A stretch of 64,000 bases of DNA from contig NW_002060943.1 of the NCBI RefSeq assembly GCF_000150275.1, forward strand, positions 6,874,299 through 6,938,298, read 5' to 3'. The stretch is from Trichoplax adhaerens. Taxonomy: Eukaryota; Animalia; Placozoa. Both the position numbers and the translations under genes were made by a program. Positions 10,260-23,655 of this stretch are shown here, in pieces (position 1 is the stretch's first letter; the number at the start of each line of letters is the position of its first letter). The notes beneath the pieces were generated by a model, which was not told where the DNA came from, searched no databases, and saw only the letters and a program-made list of their open reading frames with translations.

Positions 10260-13216
10260 ATGTCCAATACTGTCGAAGATAAATCAAAAGCCAATGAACA
10301 ATCCGATTCAGAAAAAAATCAAATCGATGACGAAAAAAATGCGGATCAGTCGACCCGATTTGGTTGGTTTAGTTTTAGACCTGATTATTTGCAATTCTTT
10401 AATTCACCTCCATGGCTATTAGCTCTGCTATGCTTTTATGCTGTGGTAGTCAACTTAGAGCTGCTAGGCTTTCGTGGTGTTGCTGTACTACAAATTGAAA
10501 AACGATTCAACATGACTTCGACATTAGCCGGTTCAATTATGAGTACTGTCGATATTTCCAACGGACTTTGCGGTGTTATGTTGTCATACTATGTTGGACA
10601 ACGCCATAAAAGTAAATGGATTGGCTATGGGATCATCTGTCTCAGTATTGGCTCGGTTATATTTATTCTACCCCATTTCATAGCTGGACCATATTATTAC
10701 AGCGAATTGGTGGTCAATGCTACACGAACTACATCGACGATGTGTAACGTTGATCCTTCTAATGCTTCCAGTGCTGCCTGTGCTAGTGCTACTAGTCAGA
10801 GTACACCATGGACCTACCCAATGATATTTGTTCTAGGTCTTGTACTTTGCGGCATTGGTTATAGCATTCAGTATAGCGTAGGCTTAGCCTATATTGATGA
10901 AAACGTTAGCCCTATAATTTCACCAGTATATGTCTCTATCTTTCATATGGTAGCTGTATTAGGACCAACATTAGGCTTCGTGATAGGTGGAGCTTTTAGC
11001 AATATTTATGTTGATTGGCCAGCTACTGCAAATGGTAGGTTAAGTTATGGAATTACATTTACAGTGCAAATAGTCAAAGATAATCACTATCATTTTTCAT
11101 TAAACTTCGTACTGAATCGATTTTACTACTATGTATGGAAATACCTCAGTTTAATATTTTATTCCAAGTCTTGTACAGTATTATATATCATGAAATAAGT
11201 AGTTGAAATACATAAGTTAAATATTAGTACTAAAATAATCTTCGTTCCAGCAATTGTATATAATTAAATCATGTCTAAATAATTTATCATTATAGACCTT
11301 CAACCAAATGATCCCCGATGGATTGGTGCTTGGTGGTTAGGATATTTAATTGTGGGTCTTATTGCCTTTGTATCTTCACTATTCATCTTTGCATATCCCT
11401 ACCACTTACCTACTTATCAAAAAAGTAAAGCGAAAAGGCTTGCTATGACTAAATCAGTTAAAAGAGTTGATAATAAGTACGGCAAACGTTGGGCTGATTT
11501 TCCTCGTGCATTCTATGAAGTCATTAGCAATCGAATATTTCTATTAGCAGTCATGGGACTAAGCCTGGACCAAATTCCAACAATCGGTCTTGTCACATTT
11601 TTACCAAAATATATTCAATCACAAAGTGGAGCATCTTTACTTCTATCAACAATATTGACCGCAGTAACCGCTGTCATTAGTGCTGCTGTCGGACAAGTAG
11701 CGGTACGTTAAATATTCTACCTACTGCATTGTAATCTCACCTACCTGACGTACTTTAAATAAGAAGTTAGATTTGTATTAATCTAGATTCATTTGCATAA
11801 TGTGATCACCTAAATTTTAATTATTTGGTGTTAAATATATCATACAGAGCGGAATTATCCTTAAGCGCTGGAAGATAGTAGGCTCCAAGATATCTCGCTT
11901 CTGTTTCTACGCCTGTGTAGCCAACGTAATATCTTCCTGTATTTTCCTGATCTCCTGCCATAATCCCAACATTGCAGGCGTTTACGTTCCTTATCCATCA
12001 CCATCCAATAATACAAGTATAATCCGCTCACAGTATGTTGGATTTTGCTTTATTTGGTTTAAGTAACAATAATGAGGATAAACTGAAATTAAAGTCATAC
12101 TGATTTTATCTTCTTAGAGCTGTATCTTCAATACAACCACTGGCAACATGCAATGCGAAGTGCTATTGTGATAGCAGCTTATTCAGTCCAGTTTGTGGCG
12201 CTAACGGAATGACTTATCAGTCTCCTTGTCATGCTGGATGTAGTTCCATGGTTACTATCAGCAACGCTCCTACAGGCGTAAGTTTTTCATATTAGCTACA
12301 GCAATAATACATACAGTCCTGCTTAATTCCTCAAAAACTTAAAAACCTGTTAGATTGGTTACGTTTGTACTCTTAATGAACTAATATTTATACGACGATT
12401 AATTCAATTTTAATTTTTTTACTTATTATTATTTGTAGAACTATTCCAAATGTAGTTGTATTAATCCTGAAGCTGAAAATATCGCCAGGAGAGGAATTTG
12501 CACTGGTGAAAGTTGTGGATTGATGTATCCATTGCTAATAGGAATCATGGTCATGGTAGTTAGTACCTCCATATCATTCTCACCCACAATAGCAGTAATT
12601 TTAAGGTGACTAAAGTAATTGCTTCAGAAATTCATAATTATCGCTATCAATTTAATATTGCGGAAATTGTCGAAATTTGCTAGCTAAGTATATGTAATAT
12701 CGAGAAACAGTTAAATTTAATTAAATTACTTGGATATTATTTTATCTAATTTAAAAACAGCAATAATTTTAATTTCTTAAACTAAAAACTTTAACCAAAC
12801 CTAGGAGTATTCCGGAAAGTCAGACTACGTTTGCAATGGGAGTTGAAGGCCTCATCTATAGAATACTAGGAGGACTGCTTGGCCCAGTAGTCTATGGATA
12901 TGTTATGGACGCTTCCTGCATATTATGGAATGAGAGATGCAATGTAAGACAATTTTGTTGGCGCTATGACAACGCCAGGCTAGGGTTGTATATGTTTACA
13001 GCAACAATCATCTGCAAAGCCATTAAATTGGTGATTTATGGCTTTCTGTGGTACTTCCATAAGCAGCAAGAAGATCTTGCAGCAGCGGCGGCAGCTGCAG
13101 ATCAGGGAGAGAAACAGGCTGAAGATGCAAAACATGATGAAAAAGAGATAGAGGTTAAAGTCCACAATGATCGGGCAACTGATAATTCACCTCAAAATAT
13201 GGAATCACAAATTTAA
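10260..13216 (+). CDS. SLCO: SLCO/OATP transporter copy 3, 6 exons, ~701 aa
   Basis: Exons 10260-11034, 11296-11702, 11848-12032, 12118-12277, 12439-12605, 12805-13216; all GT-AG, 2106 nt in frame. Motifs IEKRF, LPHF, YIDEN, OATP signature DPRWIGAWWLGYL, FLPKY, Kazal-like CNAKCYC..FSPVCG..YQSPCHAGC, TM11 R. Confidence 0.95.
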
Positions 13217-14782
13217 GTTACCAATAAAGAATATCTGTTCGATTAGCGGATGTTATCTATTGATATTGTCATGTTTAAATTTAAGGTTGAAATTGGATTT
13301 AAATGCTGAAAAACAGAAAATATAGCTCTTTTGCCTTGTGTTATGCCAATTCCTCTTGTACTTATATCTAGCTAGCTAGAACTCAAATACTATAAAATAT
13401 ATTTAGACGCTAGTTTGGATAAAATTACGTCATATTAAGTACCATACTAAATTAATTATCCCATATTATTCTGCAATTATAAAATGTATTGTATACTTTT
13501 CGTAGAATGATGACCTTGATCAGATTTTAAATAAATATTTCTACCTGTATTGTCATGATGGTATCCCATAGTTATCGATATTACTAATATAAACTGGCTT
13601 GTCTAGTATCCTTGATTTCAAGTAATATTTCAAGTTGACTAGTAACCAAAATGGTATATTTAACAGCCAAATTTAGAGCTATTTCTCTCCATGAGTATCC
13701 AACATATTTAAATAATAGTAGCTAAACACGAAGCATATTGATGGACTTCAACAAACTATATTGATCAGATGCTGTAAAATGGTTGTTTTCGAGCATATAT
13801 AAAAAATTGCGGCTTTGATATATTAAAAAGGCCTAAATTGGGGATATCTATGCTGCATATAGTTTCCTATTGGGCTTAAAATATTTTGCCTACTAACGAA
13901 ATTAATCCTACAACCATTTTGATAAAACAGCTCGACAGGTAAAAGATTACTAGTATAGATACATAAATTGCTTTGAATAAACTTTGATACTGATTGGAAT
14001 TATCCTTTAGTAAGAACAAAGAGCGACTGTTACAGTTTATTAGTTGCAGTTATATTGATTAATATCTCAGTAGTAGCCGTATACAGGCATATCTTTTAAA
14101 GAACACATATTTACTAACATTAATATTGAAAACGATTATAATTCCTTGATATTTATTATTTTTCAATTCAATATTGACGTCATAATATTAATAACAGTTA
14201 GATAAACAAATAGGAAGTTTTACATGTTACTTATGTTTATTCTGTATACACAAAAAGAGTTTGAAAGATTGATTAAAAAACCGTTGCTTGGCTTACCTAC
14301 ACTTTGTTTCTAAGGAGATCACTCCTTCTTTTTCTTGCATTTCGAATATCAGTAATAGTCAAGCATAAATATCAAAATATCAATATATTAGTTCGATAAA
14401 ATTCATGACTGTGCAGAGCTAAAATTAATTTAAAATCCCGGTAGGCTTTGATTAATAAACTCAAATTTGATAGACATCGTTGTCCAAATTTTTAACACAA
14501 AACAATCGACAACCTATGTCCAATTTCATTTGATCCAAATGACGCCATTTAATTACCGTATATTATCAAAAGAAAAGAAAGAATGAAATATAATTTAGAA
14601 AAATAATAAGATAAGCATCAATTAATCCTTGTCTGCAGACTACCGTACCTAATCTAATTCGCTTTCAATTAAAATAAACGACATCTAACAGCTATTATGA
14701 CAACATTTTCGTTAATAGCAAATGTGATACGTGCTGATAGATAAACTTTTAAGCCAAAAAGTATATAATCTTCGTTTAGTGA

Positions 14783-15046
14783 TAGTCTTGACTTGATGAT
14801 TATAATTACCACAACTGATGGTCTGATTGTAATATATTCATAGCTACAAAAAGTTTAAGAACGTTCTTGTTGGCTCTTTATAATTTCTAAGATACATGAC
14901 GCAAGAATAATGGTAGTCTTGATTTGATGATTACAATTGCCATATGCTGATACTCTGGTTATAATTTAATTTAATTCATGGTTACAGAAAGTGTAAGAGC
15001 TTTCTTGTTAGCTCTATAATTCATACGATACGTAACGCAAGATTAG
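14783..15046. repeat. Two-copy tandem duplication, period ~131 bp
   Basis: tagtcttga(c/t)ttgatgatta...acgcaaga at 14783 and 14914, clearly alignable throughout. Confidence 0.85.
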
Positions 15047-15189
15047 CTAATAAAAATAAAATAATTTTTTCAATTTTACTTATGCAATAGATTATATGTA
15101 TAATTAAAACTGTTATTTTGAACTTTGCTTTTAAAATAAAGGATTAGGCAAGATTTTCATCAAGATTAATAATAGAGTATCTAGTTTAT

Positions 15190-16165
15190 TCAATAAACAA
15201 TAAAGGCAAACAACGGCAAGCTGCAGATACTCAGGTCAAAATAGCAGCAATCGCAGCGATTGGAATTACACTATCAGCTTATGATACAGTAATATCCTAT
15301 CTCAGGCAATCATAGTAGATAGTAGATAGTCATCATAGAAATAGGATACCACCAACCCCAGCAGATGACTAATTTATCGCTAAAATAAGTCAAAGATCTT
15401 GAAAACATTATATTTATGATTATCAATCTAAAGGAAGAGATGATCGCTTTTAATCTAATCAATATATTATACTTAGCTACTAGTTGATACAAAAAAAAAT
15501 AATTTAGGCTTGGACATTTTAGGCTTACTATCACAAACCTGCGCTAAAATAAATTTACTCCTTAACCTTTCTTCATTGCAAAGATAACCAATAGTTGTAT
15601 GATAATAGCTTACTTATTTATATTCTACCAGTTTGAGATCAGAATAACTAACCTTTGCTTTACAGGATTGCTTTGTTGCTACCAATTAACATGAAAGTTA
15701 TGTTTACTTTGCTTGTTTCATTAATTATACTTTTATCAGTTTACATTTAACACCGATTTCCTATCTATCTATGAAGAGAATGGACATCCTCTAAATTACT
15801 TTTATTACCTGCATTGCTAATACTACATTTTACAATATTTTTACTTACTTGTACTACCTTATTGCTTATACAATAAGAAAAATTTAGTTCCGATCAGTAG
15901 TTTAAGCTATCTGCACACTAGTATTAAAGTCAATTTACAAACGGTATTTCATTGCTAATACTCTGTGATTCGCTGCTTACTTTAGTTCCGTCCATTTGAC
16001 TCTACTTGTTCGTGATTAGAAAATACTGTATAACAAGCAGCTATACTAACTACGTTGGCCTATGCGACAAAATAAACTGCCTCTTCATTTAATTATCGAC
16101 TTTATCGCGCCAAATACTATTTGATATATTTAGAGAATAAATTGCCGACTGCATTTGGCAATCTT
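15190..16165 (-). pseudogene. Decayed class-A (rhodopsin-family) GPCR relic, TM1-TM4
   Basis: On the minus strand: AVGNLF..IWRDK (TM1/ICL1, ~16165-16100); QFILS..LV*LLVI (TM2, ~16080-16025); then after acceptor-like ttttcaag, VIC.GWW..TIYYL-MIA*DR[+1]YYCII (TM3 DRY) and AILT*VSAACRCLPLLF (TM4, W as TGA, P nine residues later). Stops and frameshifts throughout. Confidence 0.55.
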
Positions 16166-16929
16166 AATGGTTTTATTGTTAGAAAATATTGGGGGTTTAT
16201 GTTTTAGTTACTCTACTTCAAAGTATTAATCTCTGAGAAGAAGAAGAATTTCATTAGTTGTGGCATTTGTTGCTATTAACCTAGGATGAGATAGCATGCT
16301 TTCTCGCAATAATAAATAATATAATTGATCTTATCTTATAGCAATTCTTCGCGCGATAAAATATAACGTTGCTTTAGGCTATCACATTGACCATTGTTTA
16401 ACTATGGAATAAATACGCGTATTGCCTTCAGTATTTGCTCGTAACTTATGATAGAATCTTACTTACTATATTATATTGACTATAATAGAACATGATGCAA
16501 ATTATTTTTGATCGTATCAGTGATATCGGTCAATTCGATATCAATCTTTACATTTATTACTAATAATCTTTCAGAAGGATAATTAGACCCACGCACTGTA
16601 ATTATTTGTATTTATTGATTCTAATTTGTTGACGCGGCATTTCGCTGATTCCATTCTTTTCTATACATTAATTGCTTTTTAATCTATTGCATATCTAAAC
16701 CAAGCTTTCTTTAAGCTATGGCATTGGTTATTACTAGTCAGAGAAATCAAAACTTTTTTTTACAGTTTACCGCTACTGATCAACGGCCAAATATAGTCAT
16801 TCTTGCAATCGTTTTTAAAATTAAACGTCCCTATTCCATCTGACAACTCCATAAGATTTTATAGGTAGGTTATACTTTTTGTTACGCATAGCTTAGTCGA
16901 GAAATTAATGCTCCAAAGTTTATTATTAC

Positions 16930-18435
16930 TAATCGACCTTGAGGCCAACTTCTCCTTCTATTATTGTTATTGCACTTATTACCCTTTCATCTGACAAAAG
17001 AAAACCGAGACGTTAATCGTAAGCTATTTATTCCCTACCATGCCGTTCGCCTATTCTGTGTACAAATAACTCTTAGCAGTAATCAATCAGCGGTGAGAAA
17101 GAAAGATTCTTCCTTAGCACTGATTGCTGTTCGTATCTATAAGTAAGATATTCATCCTAGACCCTCATTTACTGTATTTATAGCGGTTCAAACTACTGAG
17201 AAGATCTTAGGCTCCCTATATTATTTTATTGCACTATGAATCATTAGATAGTAATATGGTGGTATAAAGCTGGCATGATTCTATCTAGCGCCATTAGTCC
17301 ATCAATAGAATAAGGACCCCTTTACCATAACAAATTGCAAGAGTAAAAGTCATCAATGCCATTCTGATTCACTTAACAGCGATTTTAGGATGAGCTAGAG
17401 TAAATATTGAAGATCTATTTGTTAATGACTGCATGACGGAATAGAATAACAAACTGTTGCAGATAGATTGCTTATCCTGATGAAAAGGCAGCGTAATTTA
17501 TTTCAAAGATAAAATAAAAGAGATTTGAAAGTATTCATAATCCAATTCTTCTAGCTTAAAGACTTGTATCTATTCATGTTTTCATTTCTTCTGTATTCAT
17601 TTCTTGATTTGAAAAGAAAGAAATTGGCAATAATTCATCCGCTTTGAAGCTTGCCTTTTGATGACGAGAAAAATTCAATCAAAGTTTCTTTTTGGTCGAA
17701 TTAGAATTAATGAACACAATAACGTTCAATCTAGGCAGGAATTACTACTGTCATGGATATTTATAGATGTCTGTATACAAATTTCGGCTTATGAAATTAA
17801 ATCTTCACGCAAGGATGACAACTCTTTCTTATTTTTCGATTATTATCATGAACCTAGACGAAGAATGCCAAAAATTCTTGCTGATTTATTTAAGTACTAG
17901 ACCAAGACAATAATTGTCCAATAGAAATGCTTTCGTTCCAACGAATTACTTGAATTAAATGATTTTTGCTAGCCTATATTCAGTGACATCAGCAGATAGG
18001 CCGTTGGAGAACAATTAAATTATGATTGATTTATTATCAATTCTCCTCCTACGATGTGTTTTCAAAGACTTGCCAAGAAATTCTTCATCGATATTTGTTT
18101 TCCTCATTAACCTTTAGTTTATCATAACAATATTGTTCGTTCTGCGTCATAGACTAATCAAAATCGTCCACTATCATAATATTACAATGATGATTACTAT
18201 AAACAACATCCACGTCTCCATTGTATTGACAATAATTTAACCCCTATGCTTAGCATTAAAAGATCGCCTTTACAAGTAATAAAAGAAATTAGACTACAAT
18301 TTATTAGACATTCATTCTTACTTCGCCTCTTCCTGGTGTTTTTTTATACCAACATACAGCATTGATTCGCTATTGGATATTGTAACAACGTGATAAATCG
18401 TCCAGATAGATTTCATCACGTGGAGTCAAAATGAG
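16930..18435 (+). pseudogene. Decayed class-A GPCR relic with long ICL3 (aminergic-like layout)
   Basis: In order: LFC...SLALIAVR..*DIHP (C to R exactly 25 codons, D absent; TM3, 17057-17157), YYFIAL*II (TM4), VINAILIHL...N/LKIYLLM..RNR (TM5, 17349-17445), TFILTSPLPG (TM6, 18308-18340), FAIGYCNNVIN (TM7, 18366-18398). Many stops and indels. Confidence 0.45.
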
Positions 18436-19644
18436 AAAATAATAACCTATTTATTCAGCTGTATTGACTACTTTTTTTATGTATTATCATTTCTTTACAA
18501 AATGCAATAAAATTGTATTAACTTAATGTTACTAAATTAAAGAACAAAATGGGGTTGAGTCATTTTGTGTTTTCTTCTGTAAAATAAATCATTCAAGATA
18601 GGACGTGGTAGAAAGAGAGGGAAAAGTAGCAACAGCGATAACATAATTAAGAAATGTTACAATTAATAACAACTAGTTATAATCAGTGATTAATTAGTTC
18701 TATTGGTTGACTATCCATTAGCAGTAGGCCTAGTTTAAATAGGAAATCCCCAACTCTTTGATCTTTAAGGTCCATGTATCCATATTAACAAGACTAATAA
18801 TTATACCTTGCCTGAGGCAAATTAGCGTGAGGCCCACAATTTGAATTTAACAACGGTCAATAGTTAAACAGTAGTCTGAACAATATCCAAATGTAATTAC
18901 TGTATATCAAACAAATTATTCTAACTATCATAAATAGAAATCAGCCATCGATCATAGAATGTTTAGGAACTTTTTCGATTGTATAGTTTTATTTCTTATT
19001 GTAGAAATTGCGACGTCAGAATAAACTCATTTTAAAATTGACTACCGTCATCCTGCTTTACCAAGTTGGATAAATTGATCATATTAATACAATTCTTCCC
19101 AATAACTCGGTGCGTATAGGTTAAAAAAGGTATCGAATAATTTCTACGATTACTACATTAATTAGTAGCTTCATTTAATAGTATTTTGGAGCTATTCATA
19201 CTGCATATATCCGCCTTAACTCATAGGTCTATGTTTCATTATTTACTATGACTTTAGTATCTCCTTTTACCTTGTGCTGATTCTAAACTAGAAAAAACGA
19301 AATAGTAAGATATACTCCTCTCAATTGAAATATAAATTTCTCTCCGTGCGCCGGTAACACTGTGAAGAATGATGATTTGCCTGTATTTTTCTCCCTCAAT
19401 TAAAACAAACAGTCTATTTAGCCTCTGTAGCGGCCTGAAATAACTTAAACACCGTAATAAAGGAAAAAAAGGCTACCGCTTAAGTAGAGTAATTGCCAAT
19501 TTTTTTTCGATTCTACAAATATTATGATCGTTCGACATTGAAAACTATAAATCGTTAAGACTACTTGTGTAAAGCCTATCATTAGACAGAGAAAAATACC
19601 AAAACTTCTACTAAGCATCGAGGTGATTACTCTCTCCGCTCAAA

Positions 19645-22600
19645 ATGAAGGACGTTCTTGAATCCTCCAATAGTGATAAATTCAATACTGACATTACTAA
19701 TCAACCTGAATTCGATAAAGTGGCTAACGAAACTTGTCAACAAGTTTATCATCAATCACAGTCTCTACCTAAAACGGATATCAATGGAATAGTTAATATA
19801 GACGGTATTTATCATCATCTGTATGAAAAGAACGAGAGTATGGTTTGTCATGGCGATCACAACGGCAGCAGTGACAATAGCCATCAAAGCGATGACTATA
19901 ATCCCGGCAAGAACGATGATAATAACCCCGGTAAGAACGATGATTTCCATCGCAATAATAATCATGATGTTCTGAAATATAATTGTAACGAGGAAAATCA
20001 AGCCGATGAGAGTGATAAAGTAGACAAATGTCATGATCACAACCGGCACCAACAAAATACAGACAACCATTATCCGCAAAATGGCAAACTCAAAGTCAAA
20101 TTACGTCAAAGTAAATGTGGCTACTTTAACTATCAACCAGCATGGCTTCAACAATTTAACTCCCCAAAGTACTTTTTATTTTTTTTATGCACAACCATTC
20201 TACTCGCTCATATGCAAGCTCATGGAATTAAAGCCACGATTGTACCATCTCTGGAGAAAAGATACAATATGACTTCAACTTATTTAGGAAGTATCATGAG
20301 CGTTAACGATGCTATAGGTGGTGTATGTGGCCCTTTACTAACATTTGTGATCGCCCAACGTTATAAAAATAAATGGATAGGTTGGAGTATAGTCATTACT
20401 GGGTTAGGTTTTTTAACCTTTGCGCTACCTCATTTTCTTGCTCCACTTTATCACTATAGCACATCTGAAATTACCAATAGCTTATGTTCTAATAGTAACA
20501 ATTTTACTCATACTAAATCCAATTGCTCTACTTCGGATTCATCGTCCCATTGGGTTTATACTTTTCTATTTGTTATTGCTCAATCTGCAGTCGGTTGCGG
20601 CTTGACGATACAATATTGCCTTGGTATTGCTTACTTAGATGAAAATGTTAAGCCTACAGTATCGCCATTATTTATCGCAATTATTAATATGATGTCAGTT
20701 ATCGGTACCTCTGGTGGATTATTTTTAGGCGGTATTATGAATAATATCTATATCAATTGGCCTACTATCACGACAGGTAAAATCTAGGCTAATTATCTTT
20801 AATTGAAATTCGTTACATAATACTTGGATGGCAGGATTGTTTAATCCTTTTCTTAAATAGTATTAATACATTAATTTAATGCTATGGGATCAGTATCATC
20901 ATATTACTGGAATAGTGTGCATCTATTATAATTATTTAATACAATATCCAAATAATGAGATGCAGAACCATTTTTATAGGCTGATTATTTCTAACTAAAA
21001 TTCATCAAATTATAATTAGATCTTCTTCCTTCTGATGTTAAATGGATTGGAGCTTGGTGGCTAAGCTATCTAGGCACAGGATCTGCATTATTACTGTTCG
21101 CTCCGTTATTTTTCGCTTTTCCGCATCATTTATCAACTTATAAAGATAGTAAAAGGGCAAGAAGACGGTGTCAATCGGCTGAAATTAGTAATAATGATAA
21201 ATCTTATGAAACTACTATAGGCCAACTTCTCACCGTTACAAGACAACTAGTTTGCAATTCACTATTTATGCTACCAACTATTGGTTTAACATTAGAAAAA
21301 ATTACGATCGGAGGATTAATTACATTTCTACCAAAGTATGTTCAGTCACAAACTGGCTTATCCATATTCGTATCTAGCATCGCAGGCGGAGGAGCAGTGA
21401 TTATTGGCTCCAGCGTCGGCCAATTTTTGGTAAAATCAATGTTAATAATATATAACTGGCGTGATTTCTTATTTATACTAGCAATCTTTATCTTAATTAT
21501 TGTCATCAATTAAATACCTAGTTGCTATTGCTTATATAGATGAGCTTTCAAAAATTGATTATAAATTTTTAAAATAAATTAGGGTGGATATCTTACAAAA
21601 CGATGGAAGTTACAAGGATCAGCTATTTCGAAATTTTGCGCTTACGCTTGCTTTATAAATTTTTTAACTTCGGGAGTACTGTTAATACAATGCGGAAATA
21701 TACCAATTATTGGAATTGGGTCCAATAATAATTCCAATAATTATCAGCCTAATAGTCTTAACTTATCAACGACGTATGAATAACATTATTGATAGAAAAA
21801 TTCATTTTTTTTTTGTTGCTGCTTACATTGACCAATTTAAACTGAGTCTGTAATAATGTAATAATTTTTTGATTTTCAGGTATTCTTCCGCATATGCAAC
21901 GGCAACACAGTGTAGCACTGGCTGCAATTGTCAAAATATACAATTTTCCCCTATATGTGGAAGTGATGGGTTAGTTTATGCTTCACCATGCAATGCTGGC
22001 TGCAGAACGAAATCAATCAATAGTAGGAATGAAGTGGTAATTAAGCTACAATTACATACCTGGACAATAATTATCACTTGCTTCATAAACTATAACGATT
22101 ATTGACTATAGCATTTGCGTATGAGATCAACTAAATTATGCATTCGTATTGTAATGCATTTCATCATGTGTTACCCCATTATACTACTAAGACTTCGCCT
22201 GAATTTTGTCAAGTATTAAAAGTAAAATTTATGCAAGTACAGTTATACCAACAATACCTTTAAAAGATTACGTTAACTTCAAATGATGCTGCCGGTATGC
22301 TTTCATATAAATTCATAAATAGTCAATAAATGCTATTAATTTATTAAAATAATTTGCTGCGTTTATTATTTTGATTAAAATCGACAATGACATTAATCGT
22401 ACAGTCTACTTATCAGAACTACTACAAAGGAAACAAATTGCTAACTCGCTAATGTAGATCAAAAAATGCAATTTCTAAATTAGGAACTTTCTATTTAAAA
22501 ATATCATATTTTTAACTATTGTAGTAATGGCATTTAAAATCACTGTACAATTTGAACGAATAAGCAATGTCGTATCTTGAAGCATAACTGTCCTTACATT

Positions 22601-23655
22601 ATACGTTCCTCATACTTGATGATATCAAGAAATATTTCTAAGCCACATTATCTAGATAAGCTTGGTGATTTAGGAACTGCATTTAATAAACAATATTTTT
22701 TATTAATTAACAATCCTTCTTTACTCTAACTTAACTTAGGATATAGATGTTTGAATTTTATTAGATACTAGTTTATAAATTTTGAATAAATGTAAAAATA
22801 TATCTAATTCATTTAATCCAACGAGTTGTTATCAACATTTCAATATAATTAATAATATATATATACATTTCAAAAATTACCACTTAATAGCATTTATATG
22901 ACAATTCCTTATTTCAATTTCAGGTCTTCACCAATTGCAGCTGTATCTCCAGCAATAATCTTAATATCGCTACGAATGGATACTGCCGTAAGGACTGTGA
23001 TGCAATATATCCCTTATTCATAGGCGTGTTCATATCATCTTTTGCATCATTTATCGTCGTCTCTCCAACAATTTCCATTATCCTAAGGTAATGCACTTAA
23101 CTTTGATCAGCTTACGTTTAAAATCAATAGGATAGCTTGATATTATTCAGCTACGGACTAGCTAAAGAAAAACAAACTGTGATTGCTTAGTTAAACTTAT
23201 TGCAGCTATAATCTCTGCTAAAGTCATCTAATACTGTTTTAATCTTTTCAATTTATCGAACCGCTTTTAGAAATATTCCAGAAAATCAAAGAGCGTACGG
23301 AATTGCATTGCGGGGGTTTTTTACAAAAATATTTGGCAATATTATCGGTACCATTACTATAGGTGGAATTATCGATTTTTCCTGCTCTTTATGGAACACC
23401 AACTGTAGCGATAGTAAATTCTGCTGGCAGTATGACAATGTCAAAATGTCCTTATATCTATTTGCGTGCGTTGCTATATTAAAATTTTTAAAATTACTAA
23501 CTTTTATATTGCTGTGGCATGTTCATAGTAAAGAAGAAAAAGTAGCTAGAGGGCGAGGTAAAAATGACCTACCTATGACCCCTTCTATGTCATCGTTTGC
23601 GGACTGTGATATTAACACTGTTGAAATTGGAAACAGTTATGTTACGGCTTTTTAA
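19645..23655 (+). CDS. SLCO: SLCO/OATP transporter copy 4, 6 exons, ~812 aa, long N/D/H-rich N-terminus
   Basis: Exons 19645-20776, 21020-21429, 21583-21773, 21880-22036, 22924-23087, 23271-23655; 2439 nt in frame. Motifs LEKRY, LPHF, YLDEN, DVKWIGAWWLSY, FLPKY, Kazal-like CNCQNIQFSPICGSDG..YASPCNAGC. Confidence 0.94.

Noticed and set aside
9548-10287. ORFs upstream of copy 3
   Set aside because: No recognisable motifs; they overlap the probable promoter/5'UTR exon and intron (donor-like ag|gtaaag at ~9802).
19765-20605. Hydrophobic antisense ORF and alternate-frame ORFs in copy 4 exon 1
   Set aside because: Shadows of Asn/Asp/His codons.
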